From Dehalococcoidia bacterium (GTDB lineage: Bacteria > Chloroflexota > Dehalococcoidia > UBA2979), in NCBI GenBank assembly GCA_963667465.2, contig CAXXDN010000002.1, forward strand, positions 1,248,001-1,312,000: a stretch of 64,000 nucleotides of DNA. Direction: 5' to 3'. Below, in pieces: positions 59,594 to 64,000 of the stretch. Made by a program: the position numbers and the translations under genes. Numbering within the stretch: the first letter of the stretch is position 1; every line of letters begins with the position of its first letter. The notes beneath the pieces were generated by a model. It searched no databases, had not been told where the DNA came from, and saw only the letters and a program-made list of their open reading frames with translations.

Positions 59594-60983
59594 GGGACTG
59601 CTCCGGGCCGCCCTCGCCCGGGTGGCAGAGTGCGGCCAGTGCACCGGCGACGTAGCGGTCGGCGGCGGGCTCGACCGTACGCGGGTCGAGCAGCACCGCG
59701 CCGCGCTCGATGCGCGCGACGATCGGCGGGTCGGCGGCGCGCAAGGCGGCGGCGAAGGCGGCGGCGCCGCCCGGTGGCGCGGCGACTGCGCAGACCGGCG
59801 ACTCGAGGCCCTCGCCCGGGAGCGAGCCGCCGCCGATCATCGAGCGCGCCGTGTCGAGGGAGGCGTCCGCCTCGTCGCCGCAGACGCGCGCCCAGCGGCG
59901 CGCGCGCCGCCGCAGCCCGACGGGCGAGGCGGCGATCATGCGCCAGATCGGGATCTCCTCGCTGGCCTCGCCGCGCGCGTAGTGGCCGAGGGTGGCGGCC
60001 AGTCCGGCGATCGAGGCCTTGTCCATGCGCACCGCGCGGGCGAGCGGGTGGCGCTGCATCGTGCCGATCGCGCCCTCGCGGCCGACGGCGACGCCCGCCT
60101 GCGGTCCGCCGATCAGCTTGTCGCCGGAGAACAGCGCCACGTCCACCCCGGCCGCGATCGAGTCGCGCACCAGCGGCTCTTCGCCGAGCCCGTACTCGCG
60201 AGGATCGAGCAGCGCTCCGCTGCCGAGGTCGTCGATCAGCAGCAGCCCGCGCTCGCGGGCGAGCGAAGCCAGCCCGGGGAGCGGCGTCTCCTCGGTGAAG
60301 CCTACAACGCGGAAGTTCGAGGCGTGGACGCGCAGCAGCGCGACGGTCCGCTCGCTGATCGCCTCGGCGTAGTCGCGCAGGTAGGTGCGGTTCGTGGTGC
60401 CGACCTCGACGAGGGTGGCGCCGGACTGGCGCATCACGTCGGGAATGCGGAAGCCGCCGCCAATCTCGACGAGTTGGCCGCGCGCGATCACCACCTCGCC
60501 CCCGGCGCAGAGCGCGGAGAGCGCGAGCAGCAGCGCCGAGGCATTGTTGTTGACCGCGATGCCGGCCTCCGCGCCCGTCACGCGCGCGAGCAGCTCGGCG
60601 AGGTGGCTGAAGCGCGAGCCGCGCGCCCCGGCCTCGAGATCGAACTCGAGGTTGGAGTAGCCCTCGGAGGCGGCGGCCATCGCGGCGACCGTCGCGTCCG
60701 AGAGTGGCGCGCGTCCGAGGTTGGTGTGGATGATGACGCCGCTCGCGTTGACGACGCGGCGCAGGCTCGGCTCCAGGCCCGCGGCGCGATCGGCGACCGC
60801 CTCGGCAGCCGGCTGCTCGGGCAGCGCGCCGGAGCGCTCGATCGCGTCGCGGTAGTCGTCGAGGACCTCGCGCGCGACGCGCACGATCGCGTCGTGGCCG
60901 TGGCGCTCGGCGAGCGGGGCGACGCGCGGGTGCGCCAGCAGCCGCTCGATCGCCGGCAACTCGCGGTACGGGTTCGTCGTCAT
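59583..60983 (-). CDS. selA: L-seryl-tRNA(Sec) selenium transferase
   Basis: NASGVIIHTNLGRAPL, VNNNA, EIGGGFRIPD, EVGTTNRT, FSGDKLIGGPQAG. Confidence 0.94.
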   Translation of the reverse strand: MTTNPYRELPAIERLLAHPRVAPLAERHGHDAIVRVAREVLDDYRDAIERSGALPEQPAAEAVADRAAGLEPSLRRVVNASGVIIHTNLGRAPLSDATVAAMAAASEGYSNLEFDLEAGARGSRFSHLAELLARVTGAEAGIAVNNNASALLLALSALCAGGEVVIARGQLVEIGGGFRIPDVMRQSGATLVEVGTTNRTYLRDYAEAISERTVALLRVHASNFRVVGFTEETPLPGLASLARERGLLLIDDLGSGALLDPREYGLGEEPLVRDSIAAGVDVALFSGDKLIGGPQAGVAVGREGAIGTMQRHPLARAVRMDKASIAGLAATLGHYARGEASEEIPIWRMIAASPVGLRRRARRWARVCGDEADASLDTARSMIGGGSLPGEGLESPVCAVAAPPGGAAAFAAALRAADPPIVARIERGAVLLDPRTVEPAADRYVAGALAALCHPGEGGPEQSPGR

Positions 60984-61136
60984 CGTCGCGTCCTCACGCA
61001 ACCACGCGCCCTCGGGGTGCGCCACTGAGCACTCTCGATTGTACGTTCGCGCCGCGGCCCTGCCGAGGGCGGCGCGCCGAGGGCGGACGCGCTGCGCTAT
61101 CTTCGCGGGCGACCCGCGATCGCAAGGAGGCAGGCG

Positions 61137-62333
61137 GTGGACTTCACGCTCGCGCCGGAGGTGGACGAGCTGCGCCGCCGCATCCGGGACTTCACGCAGA
61201 CGCGCATCATCCCCCTCGAAGCCGACCCGGACTCCTGGGACGAGCACGAGAACATCCGCCTCGACCTGCTCGAGGACGTGCGCGCCGAGGTCAAGGCACA
61301 GGGCCTGTGGGCGCCTCAGATGCCGCGCGAGCGCGGCGGGCTCGGCCTCGGCGTGGCGGGCATGGCGGCCTGCTACGAGGAGATGGGCCGCGCGCTGTTC
61401 GGCCCGGCCTGCTTCAACTGCGCCGCGCCCGACGACGGCAACATGATCCTGCTCGAACGCGTCGGCACGGAGGCGCAGAAGGAGCGCTGGCTCGACCCGA
61501 TCATCGAGGGCCGCGTGCGCTCGGCGTTCGCCATGACCGAGCCCGCGCCGGGCTCCGGCTCGGACCCCTCGATGATGCTGACCACTGCCGAGCGCGACGG
61601 CGAACACTGGCGCATCAACGGGCGCAAGTGGTTCATCACTGGCGGGGCGGAGGCGCAGCACTTCATCCTCGTCGCGCGCACCGGCGACGACGAGCGCCGC
61701 GGCCTGACCGCCTTCCTCTTCGACGCCGGCCAGCCCGGCTGGGAGATCGAGCGGCGCATCCCGATCATGGGCCCCGAGGAGCACGGCGGGCACTGCGAGC
61801 TGCGCTTCGACGACCTCGTGATCCCCGACGAGCAGCGACTGATGGAGGTCGGCGAGGGGCTGAAGGCGACACAGATTCGCCTCGGGACGGCTCGCCTGAC
61901 GCACTGCATGCGCTGGCTCGGCATGGCGCAGCGCGCAATGTCGATCGCCGCCGGCTACGTGCGCGAGCGCGAGAGCTTCGGGCAGAAGCTGCACGAGCAC
62001 GAGGGCGTGCAGTGGATGCTCGGCGAGGTCGCGATGGCGATCGAGGTCGGCCGCCTGCTCACGATGCGCGCAGCGTGGCGGCTCGACCAGGGCGACTTCG
62101 CGCGCCAGGACGTCTCGATGGCGAAGATCCACGTCTCCGAGACGCTGCACAAGGCCGTCGACACCGCGATCCAGCTCTGCGGCGCACATGGCTACTCGAA
62201 GGACACGCCGCTGGAGTGGATGTACCGCTACGCCCGCCAGGCGCGGCTCGTCGACGGCGCGTCCGAGGTGCACAAGATGGTGCTGGCCCGGCTCTACATG
62301 CAGGAAGAGCACGACTTCTGGAGCTGGCAGTGA
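61137..62333 (+). CDS. Acyl-CoA dehydrogenase (ACAD10/11, LvaC-like)
   Basis: FNCAAPDDGNM, FAMTEP..GSGSDP, NGRKWFI, RLVDGASEVH. Confidence 0.9.
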   Translation: MDFTLAPEVDELRRRIRDFTQTRIIPLEADPDSWDEHENIRLDLLEDVRAEVKAQGLWAPQMPRERGGLGLGVAGMAACYEEMGRALFGPACFNCAAPDDGNMILLERVGTEAQKERWLDPIIEGRVRSAFAMTEPAPGSGSDPSMMLTTAERDGEHWRINGRKWFITGGAEAQHFILVARTGDDERRGLTAFLFDAGQPGWEIERRIPIMGPEEHGGHCELRFDDLVIPDEQRLMEVGEGLKATQIRLGTARLTHCMRWLGMAQRAMSIAAGYVRERESFGQKLHEHEGVQWMLGEVAMAIEVGRLLTMRAAWRLDQGDFARQDVSMAKIHVSETLHKAVDTAIQLCGAHGYSKDTPLEWMYRYARQARLVDGASEVHKMVLARLYMQEEHDFWSWQ

Positions 62334-63829
62334 GCTCCGCCACGCCGCCGCTCGACCTCGCCGACGAGGGGACACGCGACCCCCTCGCGGCCTGGCTCGC
62401 CGCAGCAGCCGGCGCCGAGCGCGCCCGCATCGAGGACACAACGACGCTCGCGGGCGGCGCGATCCACCAGCACTGGCGCATCGACGTGGCCTTCGAGGGC
62501 GGCCCGCTCGCCGGAGAGCCCGTTGCCCTCGTGCTGCGCGCCGAGGGCGACGCGACGCTGGAGGAGAGCCACAGCGTCAAGCGGGAGTTCGCGATCGCGC
62601 GCGCGGCCTTCGAGGCCGGCGTCGCCGTGCCCGAGCCGCTCTGGCAGGCCGACGACTCCGTCATCGGGCGCGCCTTTTCGATCTGGCGCTTCGTCGAGGG
62701 CGTCGCGGCGGGGCACCTGCTGGTGCGCGACGAGACGCTCGGTGGCCCGCGTCCGGCGCTGCTCGAGCAGATCGGCGAGGAGCTCGCGCGGATCCAGACG
62801 ATCACGCCCGGCCGGGCCGGGCTCGAGTGGCTGCACGTCCCCGATCCGAGCCCGGCGCTGGCCGCCGTCGCCGAGTACCGGTCCGCCCTCGACGCGCATC
62901 CGAAGCCGCGGCCCGCGCTGGAGTGGGGACTGCGCTGGCTGGAGCATGAGGCCCCGCAGACTGAGCACCTGGTGCTGGTGCACAGCGACTATCGGACCGG
63001 CAATTTCATCGTGGGCGAGGACGGGCTGCGCGGCGTGCTCGACTGGGAGTTCGCACGCTGGGGCGACCCGCTCGAGGACCCCGGCTGGTTGAGCGCCCGC
63101 GCCTGGCGCTTCAACCGTTACGACCGCCGCGCCGGCGGCCTCGGCGACCTCGCCGACTTCGCACGCGGCTACGGGCGGGAGCTGCCGCCGGGAGCGCTCC
63201 ACTACTGGGAGGTGATGGCGCACGTCCGCTGGGCCGTGATCGCGATCCACCAGGGCGAGCGCCACAGCAGCGGCCGCCAGCCTTCGCTCGAACTCGCCCT
63301 CACGGGCCGCATCGTCGACGAGGTCGAGCTCGAAGTGCTGACACTGATCGAGGAGGGCGAGCGCGGCGACTATGGCAGCGGCGCGGACACGGCCGGGGCG
63401 CCGTCGCCTGCCTCGGAGGACCCGCCCCCGGCGGCCGACCTGCTCGACGGCGCGGCGCTGCTGGAGGCGGCACGAGGCGCGCTGCTGGACGACCTTGCAC
63501 CGCACGTCCCCGGGGCGCAGCGCTACGCCCTGCTGATGGCCGACAACGCGATGGGCATCGCCGCGCGGGAGCTGGAGGCGGGTGAGGCGCCCGCCCGCCG
63601 CGCCCTCGCCGGCCTCGCCGCCATCGAGGGCGCCCCGGCCGCCGGGCCGGGCGAGGACATGCGCGCCGCGCTGCGTGACGCCGAGTCGCGACTGACGGCC
63701 GAGATCCGCGCGGGCCGCTACGACGCTGGCCCGAAGCGGGACGCCCTCGCCGCCTGGCTGCGCGCGCGCGCGCTCGACGCCACGCGGGTCAGCAACCCGC
63801 GCTTCCTCGCGCGCCGGGGGTTCGCGTAG
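62330..63829 (+). CDS. APH-family phosphotransferase fused to a small C-terminal helical (DUF6285-like) domain
   Basis: GTGA overlap; HSDYRTGN, LDWEF, GDPLED; low-complexity linker then LLEAAR..L...SNPRFL. Confidence 0.85.
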   Translation: MSSATPPLDLADEGTRDPLAAWLAAAAGAERARIEDTTTLAGGAIHQHWRIDVAFEGGPLAGEPVALVLRAEGDATLEESHSVKREFAIARAAFEAGVAVPEPLWQADDSVIGRAFSIWRFVEGVAAGHLLVRDETLGGPRPALLEQIGEELARIQTITPGRAGLEWLHVPDPSPALAAVAEYRSALDAHPKPRPALEWGLRWLEHEAPQTEHLVLVHSDYRTGNFIVGEDGLRGVLDWEFARWGDPLEDPGWLSARAWRFNRYDRRAGGLGDLADFARGYGRELPPGALHYWEVMAHVRWAVIAIHQGERHSSGRQPSLELALTGRIVDEVELEVLTLIEEGERGDYGSGADTAGAPSPASEDPPPAADLLDGAALLEAARGALLDDLAPHVPGAQRYALLMADNAMGIAARELEAGEAPARRALAGLAAIEGAPAAGPGEDMRAALRDAESRLTAEIRAGRYDAGPKRDALAAWLRARALDATRVSNPRFLARRGFA

Positions 63830-64000
63830 GCGCTTGCTCAGGCCTCGCCAGCGCCGTCCGCGCGGATCGCCTCGAGGAAGCGAGGAGACGTGGCTGCCTC
63901 CGCGCGGCACGCCCCGGACGACAGGGTCCTCAGCGAAGCGATCGCCGAGCGCCACGAGCAGGCCCTGCGTCGTCCCAGTCGAGGATTCGCGTGTCCACGT

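Noticed and set aside
56903-60298. 1131-aa plus-strand ORF
   Set aside because: Antisense shadow of mutS2 and selA caused by high-GC codon bias
63830-64000. Possible gene end at the window edge
   Set aside because: Too short to assign

Overview
Very high-GC bacterial chromosome segment. Gene content and style (Tat-lipoprotein family-5 binding proteins with PT-rich linkers, a headless nuo operon, GuaB3, many leaderless genes) suggest Chloroflexota/Dehalococcoidia; this is an inference. Most of the window is housekeeping: hisS, prfA-prmC, guaB3, metG-tatD-polyprenyl synthase, recO, dppBC with two tandem binding proteins, recR-dnaX, ybeY, nuoA-C-D-H-J-K-orf-L-M-N, gpsA-plsY-der-cdaR-cdaA-argF, comEA-comEC-rph, serA, mutS2-selA, and an acyl-CoA dehydrogenase plus kinase. 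Highlights: (1) a complete IS110 inserted at a CT core inside a REP-like hairpin, whose non-coding end contains all four readable bridge-RNA guides matching its own target and donor junction; (2) a Type IIG restriction-methyltransferase frameshifted by a 62-copy GACC tract (in frame only when n is a multiple of 3), with an uninterrupted paralogue 50 kb away; (3) a structured, terminator-containing leader upstream of guaB3 that I cannot match to a known riboswitch; (4) a nuo operon lacking both Fe-S subunits nuoB and nuoI; (5) a 2236-bp tandem duplication with clustered divergence and a captured recO promoter; (6) probable ATC and CTG start codons, and a toxin gene reduced to 10 codons.
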